64,000 nt of DNA from Pocillopora damicornis (lineage: Eukaryota): the NCBI RefSeq assembly GCF_003704095.1, contig NW_020845812.1, positions 930,001-994,000 on the forward strand. Reading direction: 5' to 3'. Within the stretch, counting starts at the first letter, position 1. Each line of letters starts with the position of its first letter. Made by a program: the position numbers and the translations under genes. Shown here piece by piece: positions 11,204 to 24,066 of this stretch. A model generated the notes under the pieces. That model made no database searches, was not told the origin of the DNA, and worked only from the letters and a program-made list of their open reading frames with translations.

Positions 11204-11967
11204 ATTGCTATTCCGAGTGGCCGGCCCTACACAATTGAGAGCCGAGAGGATAAAACTTCTGGTGTGGAGCTAATATAAACAATTCACAAATTATTCGAAA
11301 CACCTGGTGATTTTGTCTTGTGTAAAGTCCGCCGTAAATGTCATCACAATTGATTAATCGGCCTGAATTCCCGTCGCTCTTACTGTAGGTAAACAGCCTC
11401 CATTCCTTGATTGGTCAGTCATGAAATACTGGAAGTAAACTGATCATAAAAGAAGCGCGCTCGGGCGAAACATGCGTGATTGCATCTGTATTGAACTATG
11501 AAAATTGCACAATTAACCATGTTAACGTTAACATGATACTTTTGATAAACGGAGAGGGATAGGTAAATAAGGGATTTGACAACTTGTTTCAATTGAGGAC
11601 ATTATCAGGTCCTAAAAAATGGACACATCGAACCATAACATTTGTATGAACACTCTCCATACTCTTCTCTATACATTTTCTACGGTCATGACAAGAAGAT
11701 TTGTCTATCAATCAAGAGCTTCTTTAGTCAACGTTCGCTCCCTTCCGATTATCAAAATCTTACTTTGACTCAGCGGTGATGCTGTAAGGAACGATTTGAC
11801 GCCAGTCCGTCATAGAAGTTTAAGAGTTAAACGTAACAAACTTTGACATTTGCTTGTTGCCAAAGTACAACTGTCTCTTCCAGTAAACCAGCCAATCTCA
11901 ACTGACATCAAAACTAAAACTCGCTTGCAATTTAAATCGGAATAGCTGTAATGTGCTTCATTTGCAT

Positions 11968-11990
11968 CATATATATATATATATATATAT
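11968..11990. repeat. (AT)n microsatellite
   Basis: About 11 AT units. Confidence 0.9.
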
Positions 11991-12451
11991 TTACTCTGCA
12001 AAGCGAATGTCTATAGAACACTCTTTTGTAATTGTTTATACTAACTCCTTGAAATTTTTAAAACATGAGCGATTTAATGCAAACTTTTTTTTTCCGCTGG
12101 GTTGAATTTTGCCAGCTTCACTCAAAACAGAGATGAAGAGCAGATACTTTAAACGCTAAGTGACTCAGGCTTATTTCCTATGAAAATTTAAACACAGCCT
12201 AGTAAAGCTAGCTTTTTCAACACAGTTTAATCAATCATTTTTCAAAATAACCTGATCTCAATTGCCATCGGCTCCAACTCTCCTTTATTTGCTAATCAGC
12301 GGCGATGCAACGTTATCTAAATACAACAAGAGTAGCTCTTTATGGCGGTCCTCACCCAATTATTCAACTTATTTCCTGCTTGTCAACATTAATGTATACA
12401 ATAGATAACGCTTGCCTCAAATTACGATCGATCAAAATAAAAAGTCATCCA

Positions 12452-12635
12452 TCTGGAAAAGCTTTTGAGTCATTAAGTGGCTCAATGTTGTTTCTCTTCT
12501 TTCAGATCACACAGCAAATGCGTCGTTCTACTTCCTCTTTTATGTCCCTCTTGAACAGAGCGTGAGCGACTGGGTTGATGTCAGAGTTTAAAAACCAACA
12601 GAGGCAATTTGAATTTTTTATCATTACATGGTTGT
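12452..12635 (-). pseudogene. B-type GPCR 3' fragment
   Basis: QPCNDKKFKLPL, then a frameshift, then LNSDINPVAHALFKRDIKEEVERRICCVI*. The rest lies in a gap. Confidence 0.8.
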
Positions 12636-13447
12636 NNNNNNNNNNNNNNNNNNNNNNNNNNNNNNNNNNNNNNNNNNNNNNNNNNNNNNNNNNNNNNNNN
12701 NNNNNNNNNNNNNNNNNNNNNNNNNNNNNNNNNNNAAATTCAGATATTAAATGAATGAAAGTTCCATCGTTCAGTTTAACTGTAACCAATTAAGTTTTTT
12801 TCAAATAATTTTTACCTTTACATTTTAGTTCTATTTTTATTGCATACTGCTTTTATTCTGGGGGCTGCCGTTAATGAGGATTTAGTTCCTCTCTGGCTTG
12901 ACCCTTTTTGCCATTTTGCATCTCGATGTTTATTTTTTTATCTGTCTGTATATATGTTTTAATTATTATCTCTGCTTTTTTATATTATTATTGTTATTAT
13001 CTTATTATTTAGGCAAATGAAGTTATTATAAATAAATAAATAAATAACCAAATACTTCACGTTTCAACTTTCTGGGTACTTTTTGTGAACGATTCAAATT
13101 AATTGCAGACGGGTTTTAGGCCGCTTGTCAACCAACGTAATGACACCATTGTTTATTCAAATTCATTCTGAAACCAATATTTTTCTGTCAACCAAAGTGA
13201 TTTGATAAAGAGAAAAGAAAGGATTCATAAGTTATTTATCGGCTTGAGGTAGTGACCGACGCGTTTGCTTAAAAATACTGCCCAGCCGGAAAACGAGGTA
13301 TATTTATGAAAAAATGACAACGAAAGTTGAGATGTACTCGGCGACTCACGAAAGCGTTACCGTGGCCCGTGGGCAGAGATAGGAAAATACTGACCGGGTA
13401 AAGAACCAATCAGATTGCAGGATTCGTTACCGTGCCCTCTAAAAAAA

Positions 13448-13548
13448 CAATAACGCGTTTTACTGATTGAGGGTAGTGCGAATCATACGCTAAGTATTGA
13501 TCGGTGAGCGTGGGCTTCTTGTATACGCTGGGGGTGAGGCGACCGTCA
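13448..13548 (-). mobile_element. Penelope RT remnant upstream of a B-type GPCR
   Basis: Reverse complement of 7851-7950 with the same junction (GACCGTCATAAATTTAGCAC). Confidence 0.8.
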
Positions 13549-13658
13549 TAAATTTAGCACTTCTATTAACAGGCTCATGACAGGTGTCAATAAAAATGTT
13601 CATCATCGAAAGTTATCTTCTCTATTTTTGCTTGAGTAAAGTCATTCAAAACCCCTAA

Positions 13659-14561
13659 ATGGAAACCTGGTTCTGGATTCTTGGCTGGTCTCTTTCCATC
13701 GTAACCATAGCTGGAAATGGATTTATCATCTTCCTTGTTTGCAGACGGCGGCGGCTTCGAACTAAAAGCAACACGTTTGTCGTTTCACTTGCTGTGGCGG
13801 ATTTCTGTGTTGGGCTGAGTGCTGTTCCCTCACTTTTTGTCTGCGAGAAGACAACTGGATGCGATCCTGAAGCCCCTTTTGCCGACAGGGTGGATTATCT
13901 TAGGTGGCTGTTTACGTACGCGTCTGTAACAAACTTATGTAGTTTAGTCCTGGATCGCTACATTGCTGTTGTGAATCCTCTCAAATACTTATTGTTCATG
14001 ACGCGCAAACGTGTTTCTCAGTTGATTTTTCTTTCTTGGATACTGTCAATTCTTGTTGTTTGTCTCGATGTTCTAGCGTGGCTCGTTTTTAACGACAGTA
14101 TTTCTGTTTTCTTAGTTAATACTTGGATATTAATGATTTTAGAGATCCTGTCGTGCTGCAGTCTTATTTTTTTCTTTGGTTCAATGTTACATGTTGTTTA
14201 TAAACACGAACGAGCCGCCCGTATCTTAGCGAAACAACTCCGCTTCAATCATCGATATTTTCGCAAAAACGAGGAGAAGTCCGCTGTGAAATTGATGGTC
14301 ATTGTTATTGGCCTGTTTCTTGTTTGCTGTGCATGCTCTCTGCGATGTAGTCTTGTATACATAATGAAAGACGAACAACCATGTAATGATAAAAGATTCA
14401 AATTGCCTCTGTTAGTTTTAAACTCTGCCATCAACCCAGTTGTTTACGCTTTCTTCAAGAGGGACATAAAAGAGGAAGTAGAACAATGCATTTGCTGTGT
14501 GATCTGGAAGAAGAGAAACAACATTGAACCACTTAATGGCTCAAGACTTTTCCCAAATTAA
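13659..14561 (+). CDS. Intronless class A GPCR, subtype B (300 aa), intact
   Basis: METWFW start, LAVAD, DRY, NSAINPVVY, uninterrupted ORF. Confidence 0.93.
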   Translation: METWFWILGWSLSIVTIAGNGFIIFLVCRRRRLRTKSNTFVVSLAVADFCVGLSAVPSLFVCEKTTGCDPEAPFADRVDYLRWLFTYASVTNLCSLVLDRYIAVVNPLKYLLFMTRKRVSQLIFLSWILSILVVCLDVLAWLVFNDSISVFLVNTWILMILEILSCCSLIFFFGSMLHVVYKHERAARILAKQLRFNHRYFRKNEEKSAVKLMVIVIGLFLVCCACSLRCSLVYIMKDEQPCNDKRFKLPLLVLNSAINPVVYAFFKRDIKEEVEQCICCVIWKKRNNIEPLNGSRLFPN

Positions 14562-15754
14562 TAGTTTTGATGATAATGTCAGACACGCATCTCTAAACTA
14601 ATGTCTATAAGCAGTAAACAAGTTGTATAGTTTTAGGATTAAAATCATTGGGTAAAGCTCAAAATGAAATGTTATACTCGTGTTTTATTTAAATAAAGTT
14701 GTATTGCTGAGAAAGAAATGCAAATGAATAAGTTCTGGTGTCCATGTCGATTGAGATCAGGTTGTTTTGAAAAACGAGTAATTCTACTTTGTCGAAAAAG
14801 CTAACTTTAATGAGTTGCGTTTAAATTTTCTTAAGGAACAAGACTGAGCAAGAACATAGAAGTTAGAGTAATGAGCTAGTTATCTGTCCATGCTGAGTGA
14901 CGCCGGTAACATTTAACAGGTGGAACTTGAAAAGGTGGACCTAAATTTNNNNNNNNNNNNNNNNNNNNNNNNNNNNNNNNNNNNNNNNNNNNNNNNNNNN
15001 NNNNNNNNNNNNNNNNNNNNNNNNNNNNNNNNNNNNNNNNNNNNNNNNTATGTTCTTGCTCAGTCTTGTTCCTTAAGAAAATTTAAAAGCTCATTAAAGT
15101 TAGCTTTTCCGACAAAGTAGAATTACTCGTTTTTCAAAACAACCTGATCTCAATTGACATCGACACTAGAACTTATTCATTTGCATTTTTTCTCAGCGGC
15201 ACAACGTTATTTAAATAAACACGAGTATAACATTTCATTTTGAGCTTTACCCAATAATTTGAATCCTAAAACTATACAACTTGTCTACTGCTTATAAACA
15301 TTAATTTATATTATAGGGAATGCTTGTACTGCGTTATGATCGATCCAAATAGAAAGTTATGAATTGGGAAAAAAATCTGTTTCATGCGTTTAATTTAAAC
15401 CAGCCTTTTCGTGATGGTCAGAAACTAATGTGGTTCTATTTACTTGCCGCCAAAGATAGATTATTGGGCAATGTTTGAGGGAAAACTTTGTTCCGATGCG
15501 AAATGCCCTTGACCGCTCTTACAGAGATCGCCAAGCAAATTCAAAATTTTCTTGTTCACCAGGGGCAGTTTCGTTTAGAAAACCAGCTGATCCCAGTTGA
15601 AGTCAAAACAATATCTAATTTTCACTTCAGCTCGGAATAGTGCATATCTGTTTGATTTGCACAATTATAAACTCTACAGAGTGAATCTTGTTATGGTTGA
15701 TCAGCATTACTTTGTATTAAACGAGATGCGTTTCTGACATTATGATCAAAACTA

Positions 15755-16651
15755 TTAATTTGGAAAAAGTCTTGAGCCATTAAGTGGTTCAATGTTGTTT
15801 CTCTTCTTTCAGATCACACAGCAAATGCATCGTTCTACTTCCTCTTTTATGTCCCTCTTGAAGAAAGCGTAAGCAACTGGGTTGATGGCAGAGTTTAAAA
15901 CTAACAGAGGCAATTTGAATCTTTTATCATTACATGGTTGTTCGTCTTTCATTATATATACAAGACTACATCGCAGAGAGAATGCAGAACAAACAAGAAA
16001 CAGGCCAATAACAATGACCATCAATTTCACAGCGGACTTCTCGTTTTTGAGCAAATATCGATGATTGAAGCGGAGTTGTTTCGCTAAGCTACGGGCGGCT
16101 CGTTCGTGTTTATAAACAACATGTAACATTGAACCAAAGTAAAAAATGAGACTGCAGCACGACAGGATCTCTAAAATCATTAATATCCAAGTATTAATTA
16201 AGAAAACAGAAATACTGTCGTTAAAAACGAGCCACACAAGAACATCGAGACAAACAACAAGAACTGACAGTATCCAAGAAAGAAAAATCAACTGAGAAAC
16301 ACGTTTGCACGTCATGAACAATAAGTATTTGAGAGGATTCACAACAGCAATGTAGCGATCCAGGACTAAACTACATAAGTTTGTTACAGACGCGTACGTA
16401 AACAGCCACCTAAGATAATCCACCGTGTGAGCAAAAGGGGCTTCAGGATCGCATCAGTTGTCTTCTCGCAGACAAAAAGTGAGGGAACAGCACTCAGCCC
16501 AACACAGAAATTTGCCACAGCAAGTGAAACGAAAAATGCGTTGGTTGGTCCGAAGCCGCCGAGTTCTGCAAACAAGGAAAATGATAAATCCATTTCCAGT
16601 TACGGTCACAATCGTAAGAGACCGGCCAAGAATCCAGAACCAGGTATCCAT
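15755..16651 (-). pseudogene. B-type GPCR pseudogene, full length
   Basis: MDTWFW start. Coding sequence is spread over three frames (16454-16651, 16384-16593, 15809-16423) with a premature stop after CCVI. Confidence 0.9.
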
Positions 16652-17169
16652 TTTTTAAACAAAGTTTGATTGTACACGGCTAGGTAAACTGTCGACAAAC
16701 TGTGAGGAAAAATTGATGTAAGACTTGGCGACCCCACAAGCTTTATAGCTTAACAATTATCGTTTTGAGAAAAAGGACTTGATCGATTGAAGAATGACCG
16801 ACTTGTATCAAATGAAAATTAAGTGGATAAACGCGTAATAAACTTAATATTTTTTTTAATCCCTGTTGTTCCTGTTTTTTTCCTCCCACTTTATTATATG
16901 CAAAACAACACCTTCGAAATTTTTTATTGATGCCAGCTTGGGCTAATGATATAATCATTTACTGATGATTTCTACTCATTCATGAGCTCTACTCATTTAA
17001 CACGTGAATAATTTCAAAGGTGCAAGGCTGAATAAACCATCAGTTATTGGGGAATGGCAAAAAAAGTGAAGCTGTGGGTGTAAAGGTGAAGTTCAAAGAG
17101 AATTTGAAACAGCTTCTCTTCAGGTACCTGAAAAATAACAAATTTAAAGCTAAAAGTAGCAGGAAGAGT

Positions 17170-17406
17170 TAAGCCAGCAAAACTCACGCAACATTTCAAC
17201 GCAACATCTTGCAACATTGTTAAATCTAGTTGAGAGATGTTGTGTAGGAGCTGGCCAAACGCGCGGAACATCTTGCAACATACAAAAATTTGACTATTTT
17301 CAAACTTGATTCAACTTGTTGCAACATGTTGCTACGGGGTGGCCAAACTTGTGCAACACGTTACGCGCAACAAAGTTGCATGATATTGCGTTTGACCAGG
17401 GCTTTA
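17170..17406. mobile_element. MITE with internal GCAACA repeats (Harbinger-like non-autonomous element)
   Basis: Imperfect inverted ends TAAGCC.. and ..CGTTTGACCAGGGCTTTA, with repeated GCAACA/TGTTGC motifs inside. Confidence 0.55.
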
Positions 17407-17973
17407 TGCACTTGTCACTCAGGCAGCAAAATTTTTCACGGCTCAATTAATAGTTGTTATATGCTTAAGGCATGATTTGCAAGGTTCGTCGTAACTTTAG
17501 GATCAATGACGACAGCGGACTAAAATATACTGAAGCCTTTCGTCATAGTGTCGCGTGAATAACATCTCTTTTCTTTAGAGGAAGACGACGCAAGAGAAAA
17601 CCCAATAGGAGCACAATTTTGCCTGTCGTTAAACTAAACGCGTTGAAGTTGCAAACTCTTCGCAACACACACTTGTGCGGTAAAGAATTTTAAAGGGTAC
17701 CTTAAGATACACACGCAACTAAATATAACTGTTAAACAAACTCGAATGAGGTACACTAGAAAGGAAAGGGAAACAGTTAGAGATGGAAAAGATCACTGAG
17801 GTGTTTAACAACAAATTGGAGAACAAAAGGCAGCCTCATTTTAGAAGTGATCTTGGAATACAATTTTGTTTTCTTCCACGATTATCAACGCCTATTGACA
17901 AACCAGTAATGAAAGCTTTAAAAACAAATTTTGCGGATTTCTTGGATTAGCTGAAAAAGTTGCATTACTTTTT

Positions 17974-18807
17974 CTAGATGACGCAGAAAATACATTTTGT
18001 CATCTCCTTCTTAATATCCCGCTTGAAGAAGGCGTACGCAATGGGGTTAATAGCAGAGTTTTAAACAAGAAGGGGTATTTTATATTCTTCATCATCACAT
18101 GTTTTTCCCGTTCTAAAAAATAATATATAACCACATCGTAAAGCAAATGTGTTCGCCAGAAGGAAAACTCCTATAATAATGGCCATCATTTTAACTGCAG
18201 ATTTCTCCTGGATCTTGAACAGAAATCGATGATTAAAGTGGAGCTGCTTTGTTAAGACACGAGCTGCCCGCTTGTGCTTGTTAACAACAAGTAACATTAA
18301 AGCGAAGCAAAAGATCAGACCACAGCATGGCAAAAAAGCCAAAAAAATTATGTTCATCGAAATGATTATGTCATATAGTGAACATTGGCTTGGACAGAGC
18401 TGATCCATTTTGAAAAAAGCCAAAGCAGTAATAACTGGAATCGCCCAAGAGGTGAAAATCACCAGGAAAACGCGGCGACGCTTCATAAAAGTCAAATATT
18501 TGAAAGGCATTACAACGGCGACATACAGCTCCAGGACTAAAGTACACAGGTTTACTACTGAGGCGAATGGGAATAAGTTCCTCAAGTCGTTCGATAACCC
18601 GTTATAATCGCCTTCTTCCTGGCAGAAGATCAATGAAGGTACAGTGCTCAATCCAACAAAGAAATCCACCACTGCAAGAGAAACGATGAACGCGTTGGTT
18701 TTGGTTCGGAGCCGCCGTCTGCTGCAAACAAGGAAGATAATAGATCCATTTCCACTTATGGTCAGAATGGAGAGAGACCAGCCAAGAATCCAAAACCAAG
18801 TTTCCTT
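17974..18807 (-). pseudogene. C-type GPCR pseudogene, full length
   Basis: Homologous to 25493-26329, with ATG->AAG, ERY->ELY and a frameshift at ~18060 in TM7. Confidence 0.9.
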
Positions 18808-19611
18808 TTTTTATCTGCTTTAGCAATTTTTTTTTTATTACAGTGATAAACTGTCAAGAATCGTACATGGAACAACTGAAGAAAGATCGTAATCCTGAGG
18901 CAGCTGTTGAATTCTTCTCTATGTAGGTGTATATCGGAGAGCCATCATGACGCCTCTTGTCAGTCTCTTTAATGACGGTGGAGACACACTTCCTGTTCTA
19001 AAAATATAATTTCGTTGAAACTCAACTTCCTTCTTCTGGAAAAAGTGTGCCGCGTTAATGATCTTTACTAAGTGGTCTCGGCCTCAACGCAAGTTGTAAT
19101 GAACGTTTTCGATGTCCTACGTTTGCAATGATTTCATCATAACGGCTCTGTCTTGAAATATCATTGTGAATCCAAAACCAAGCTTTTATTTTGTAATAAG
19201 AGTAGTTTTACTCATATAACTTTCCAGAGACTTGTCATGGACAAATAATCAGAAGTTATTATTCGTATAATAGACACCAACATCTTTTACTCCTGCTATC
19301 AAATACAGGTGGAGACAGTGTTCTTCAAGATCTATTTGGAAGAGAATTGTTATGGAAAATTAAACTCATGTTTGCGTTAAATTTAGCATCCTAATAACAT
19401 ACAATGAGTCCGCCTTATGTATTAGCATATAACAGCAGCTAAACTCTATACAGAGAACTTTTTATTTATTTTTAAACCAAAGAATATTAACTGTGAGCGG
19501 AACTTGTGACCCATTATTGTTTTTTTTCAGTCTATTTTTAATTTCGCACCACGCTGGGAAGTTATTCCTTTCCATAATTCGAATGATAATGCGGATAACG
19601 GTCTCGATATC

Positions 19612-19900
19612 GAGAGAGATGTTTGTCTTCTTGTCACGAGCGTGGGACAAAGAAAAAAATTCTGAGTCCCCATGAGGAATCGACCCTCAGACCTTCGGAT
19701 TCCGCGCTCTGATGCTCTACCACTGAGCTACAGATACTCCACGGTGAGGATGGGGTTTTATGAAGTTCATGAATGACACGCGTCCTGCATACTGCCAGGA
19801 TTAGCAATGTCGATAGCGTAACGTTTGTAGATAGAAATAAGAGATGGTAAGTTTTGAGCTCGGTAAAGAAATAGAGAAAGATATTCTTCCTCTTGTCATA
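19612..19900 (-). mobile_element. tRNA-derived SINE-like repeat
   Basis: Pol III A/B-box-like TAGCTCAGTGGTAGAGC...GTCGATTCC with a non-canonical 8-nt anticodon loop. A paralogue lies at 22602-22800. Confidence 0.75.
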
Positions 19901-22601
19901 TCTTGTCGATATCACCTTTTGTTGCAGTTTCCGGTGTTTAAAATTTAAACGAGTTTTTAAAAATTGTTACTACTCATTATCGAAACAAATTTCTAAACGT
20001 TTTCCTCATGCACCATGCGAATACTTACCTTCAGTGATTTATAGACACACAGATGTATGAATCATATTCTCTTGTTCTTGAATGTTTATAAGTCCTTTAG
20101 CAGCAGGATGGGAATATTTGCATTACATCAATCCTCATTGCCTAAATTAGTAGTGAATTCGCAGAAACAGAAATATTTTCAAAGTTACATATCAAAACTG
20201 CACTGGAAAAAGAACAATTACCATCATGCTGACATCCATGACTATGTCTACGTACCAAATACAAACCTCGAGCCTTGGTTTGCTTTCTGTACATAACATG
20301 TTCAAAACCGAACGTTTTTCGCACTGTTAAACTCCCTCTACCTTGCTACTAAGAAAACGCAATAATCTAACTTCCTTTAACTCCATATTTCTCAGTTGGG
20401 CCTGCACACTTCTAAGACCAGCTACTAAACACAGCAAATTGAATGTCTCTTTTCATAGAAAGAAATTATTTATTTTTAAACCAAGTCACCCGAGCTATAA
20501 AATGACAAAACGATCGATTGAACTATCCTAANNNNNNNNNNNNNNNNNNNNNNNNNNNNNNNNNNNNNNNNNNNNNNNNNNNNNNNNNNNNNNNNNNNNN
20601 NNNNNNNNNNNNNNNNNNNNNNNNNNNNNNNTGAATTACTGAGTTAATCCTAAACCTTTAAGACTGGACTAGCGCCAAATTTATCCTTACGGTATCATTG
20701 TTAAATCTTGAATCAAACATTAAGGTCTTACTTAAAATGAAGATGGGGAGATACGGAGTCAAACAGATATGCTCTGAGATGCGTGATGAACCGTTAATTT
20801 GGAGTATGCAGAGCGTGTTTATTTGCAGACTTAATTAATGGTTGAGCGATGGTGTATACAACGGAAAGCGGGTGAAACATATTACTAACGCTGTATGGCT
20901 TTTGTCGTTCGCAAACGTGAGTACGATTATTTTAGTTAACTTACAATGATTTGTTTTTTTTTTCTCGGGCTAAAAGAGGGAAAAACAATCGAAATAAATG
21001 GTTCGCTTTGTTCGCTTAATTTTTTTTGTCTTGTGCTGTTGTGCTTGTGCTGTGCTTGTGTACGTTTTTGAGACTTAGAACGATCAAGTTGGACAACTGA
21101 TAAGCGGTTGAAAACACCTTTCGCATTCGTTCCTAGGATCATTAGCCGCTTACTTGTCGTTTTGGTCCTAGGAAGAGTTTTTTAACAATGCCCTACGACG
21201 CAATTTCAGAAAGGTCTCACGGAGCCAAGTGTTCACTGATAGCCAAAAAATTGCCTTGGAAAACCGCCGGTGGACTTTTGAGAGAGTTAGAAATTTAGTT
21301 TTTTTAATCAGTGAAGCTTTTACATTCAAATCAAGTTCGGATTATAAGTAAATCGTTTTTACGTTATTGAACCGTTTTAACTTGTCAAAGGAAGAACTTA
21401 TCCAGCAAGATAAGAACGTTTTCATCTCATTATGATTGATTATGTTGTTAGACATGCACATGTCGTTATTCAAATTAATTACGTCCGCCAAACTTCAGTA
21501 GAAGTACTTTTAGAAGTAGAATTTCCGGGTGACAAGGGAAATAAAATGTTTTCAAAAGAAGCGTTTTGCAAAACTTGCTTAACGTTTTCTCCTGTGCGCA
21601 TCTTTATGTTTTAAAGGGCTGCTTCCTATATGACAAGTAATTGACTTACTGCTAATGTTTCCAGCTTAGAATTCATTCTTTTCTTTAGGTCAGATGACAA
21701 ACGAGGAGATACTCTCAACTTTGTTCCTCTTTTATTCCCGCAGAGGTCTGAGTACGAGCAAACCGTATGTCTCTGTCATGTTTATTTATCCCTTCTCGCA
21801 TTGATCTCCCTGTTTCACCGATGTACACTTTGCCGCATTCACATGGGATCTTGTAAACGAAACAGTTTTGTTTTGTTGATTCCAGGGCGTCTTTAGGTCG
21901 TACTAAATAAGACCTAAGTATTGTGTCAGACTTTTAAAACGGTCCGTATGCCTTGATGTTGTAGGCAGCGACGAAGAGCCTTTAGTACACCCTTTATGTA
22001 AGGGAGAACAGCAATAGATTTAAATTCCTGCGCAGGTTTTTTGTTGACTGTTGATCTGCCATCTTGACTTGCAAATTAAGATAGTCCAATCGATCGCTTT
22101 GTCGGTTTAGCTCAGGTAAGAGAAAATAAAGGAACAATTATTTCCCCTTAGTTGTTCGCGAAAACTTGTCTTTTGCACGTTAAAAAGAACAAAACAAAAC
22201 AAAACAGGTTCCGCTTTACCTTAGGGAGGTCCCAAGGTTTGTGTTGGTACGTAGACATAGTTATGGATGTCAGCATGATGGTAATTGTTCTTTTTCCAGT
22301 GCAGTTTTGATATGTAACTTTGAAAATATTTCTGTTTCTGCGAATTCACAACTAATTTAGGCAATGAGGATGATGTAATGCAAATATTCCCATCCTGCTG
22401 CTAAAAGACTTACAAACATTCAAGAACAAGAGAATACGATTCATACATCTGTGTGTCTTTAAATCACTGAAGGTAAGTATTCGAATGGTGCACGAGAAAA
22501 ACATTTAGAAATTTGTTTCGATAATGAGCGGTAACAATTTTTAAAAACTAGTTTAAATTTTGAACACCGGAAACTGCAACAACAGATGGTATCGACAAGA
22601 T

Positions 22602-22800
22602 ATGACAAGACGAAAAACATCTTTCTCTATTTCTTTACCGAGCTCAAAACTTACCATCTCTTCCTCAACGTGGAGTCTCTGTAGCTCAATGGTAGAGCAT
22701 CGGAGCGCGGAATCCGAAGGTCTGAGAGTCGATTCCTCATGGGGACTCAGAATTTTCTCTTCGTCCCACGCTCGTGACAAGACGAAAAAACATCTTTCTC
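22602..22800 (+). mobile_element. tRNA-derived SINE-like repeat, internally deleted
   Basis: tRNA-like head at 22673-22749, bounded by direct repeats TGACAAGACGAAAAACATCTTTCTC. Confidence 0.75.
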
Positions 22801-23326
22801 GATATCGAGATCGTTATCCGCGTTATCATTCGAGTTATGGAAAAGAACAACTTCCCAGCGTGATGCGAAATTAAAAATAGACTGAAAAAAACAATCATGG
22901 ATCACAGGGATAAGTTCCGCTTACAGTTAATATTCTCTAGTTTAAAAATAAACAAAAAGTTCTCTGTGTAGAGTTTAGCTGTTGTTATATGCTAATACAT
23001 AAAGTGAACTCATTGTATGTTATTAGGATGCTAAATTTAACGCAAACATGAGTGACAAGACGAAAAACATCTTTCTCGATATCGAGATCGTTATCCGCGT
23101 TATCATTCGAATTATGGAAAGGAATAACTTTCCAGCGTGGTGCGAAATTAAAAATAGACTAAAAAAAAACAATAATGGGTCACAAGTTCCGCTCACGGTT
23201 AATATTCTCTAGTTTAAAAATAAACAAAAAGTTCTCTGTATAGAGATTTAGCTGCTGTTATATGCTAATACATAAGGCGGACTCATTGTATGTTATTAGG
23301 ATGCTAAATTTAACGCAAACATGAGT
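22774..23326. repeat. Tandem duplication of ~275 bp (22774-23051 / 23052-23326)
   Basis: Both units start GTGACAAGACGAAAAA and end TTTAACGCAAACATGA. Confidence 0.85.
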
Positions 23327-23615
23327 TTAATTTTCCATAACAATTCTCTTCTAAATAGATCTTGAAGAACACTGTCTCCACCTGTATTTGATGGCAGGAG
23401 TAAAAGATGTTGGTGTCTATTACACGAATAATAACTTCTGATTATTTGTCCATGACAAGTCTCTGGAAAGTTATTTGAGTAAAACTACTCTTATTACAAA
23501 ATAAAAACTTGGTTTTGGATTCACAATGATATTTCAAGACAGAGCCGTTATGATGAAATCATTGCAAACGTAGGACATCGGAAACGTTCATTCCAACTTG
23601 CGTTGAGGCCGAGAC

Positions 23616-24066
23616 TTGGCTTTTTTCAAAATGGATCGACTCTGTCCAAACCAATGTTCACTATATGACATAATCATTTCGATGAACATAATTGTTTTGG
23701 CTTTTTTGTCATGCTGTGGTCTGATCTTTTGCTTCGCTTCAATGTTACTTGTTGTTAACAAGCACGAACGAGCAGCTCGTGTCTTAACAAAGCAGCTCCA
23801 CTTTAATCATCGATTTTTTGTTCAAAATCCGGGAGAAATCTGCAGTTAAAATGATGGCAATTGTTATAGGAGTTTTCCTTCTGGCGAACACATTTGCTTT
23901 ACGATGTGGTTATATATTATTTTTTAAAACGGGAAAAACATGTGATGATGAAGAATATAAAATACCCCTTCTTGTTTTAAACTCTGCTATTAACCCCATT
24001 GCGTACGCCTTCTTCAAGCGGGATATAAAGAAGGAGATGACAAAATGTATTTTCTGCGTCATCTAG
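23616..24066 (+). pseudogene. C-type GPCR pseudogene lacking proximal promoter and TM1-TM4
   Basis: Upstream GAGGCCGAGAC is fused directly to TTGGCTTTTTTC (end of TM4). Frameshift at ~23818. Confidence 0.88.

Noticed and set aside
16510-16525. D2.50N (LAVANF) in a B-type copy as a second swap
   Set aside because: The copy is a frameshifted pseudogene and keeps NP in TM7, so this is simple decay.
22673-22749. tRNA gene
   Set aside because: 8-nt anticodon loop, flanking direct repeats and a paralogue at 19.7 kb indicate a SINE-derived repeat.
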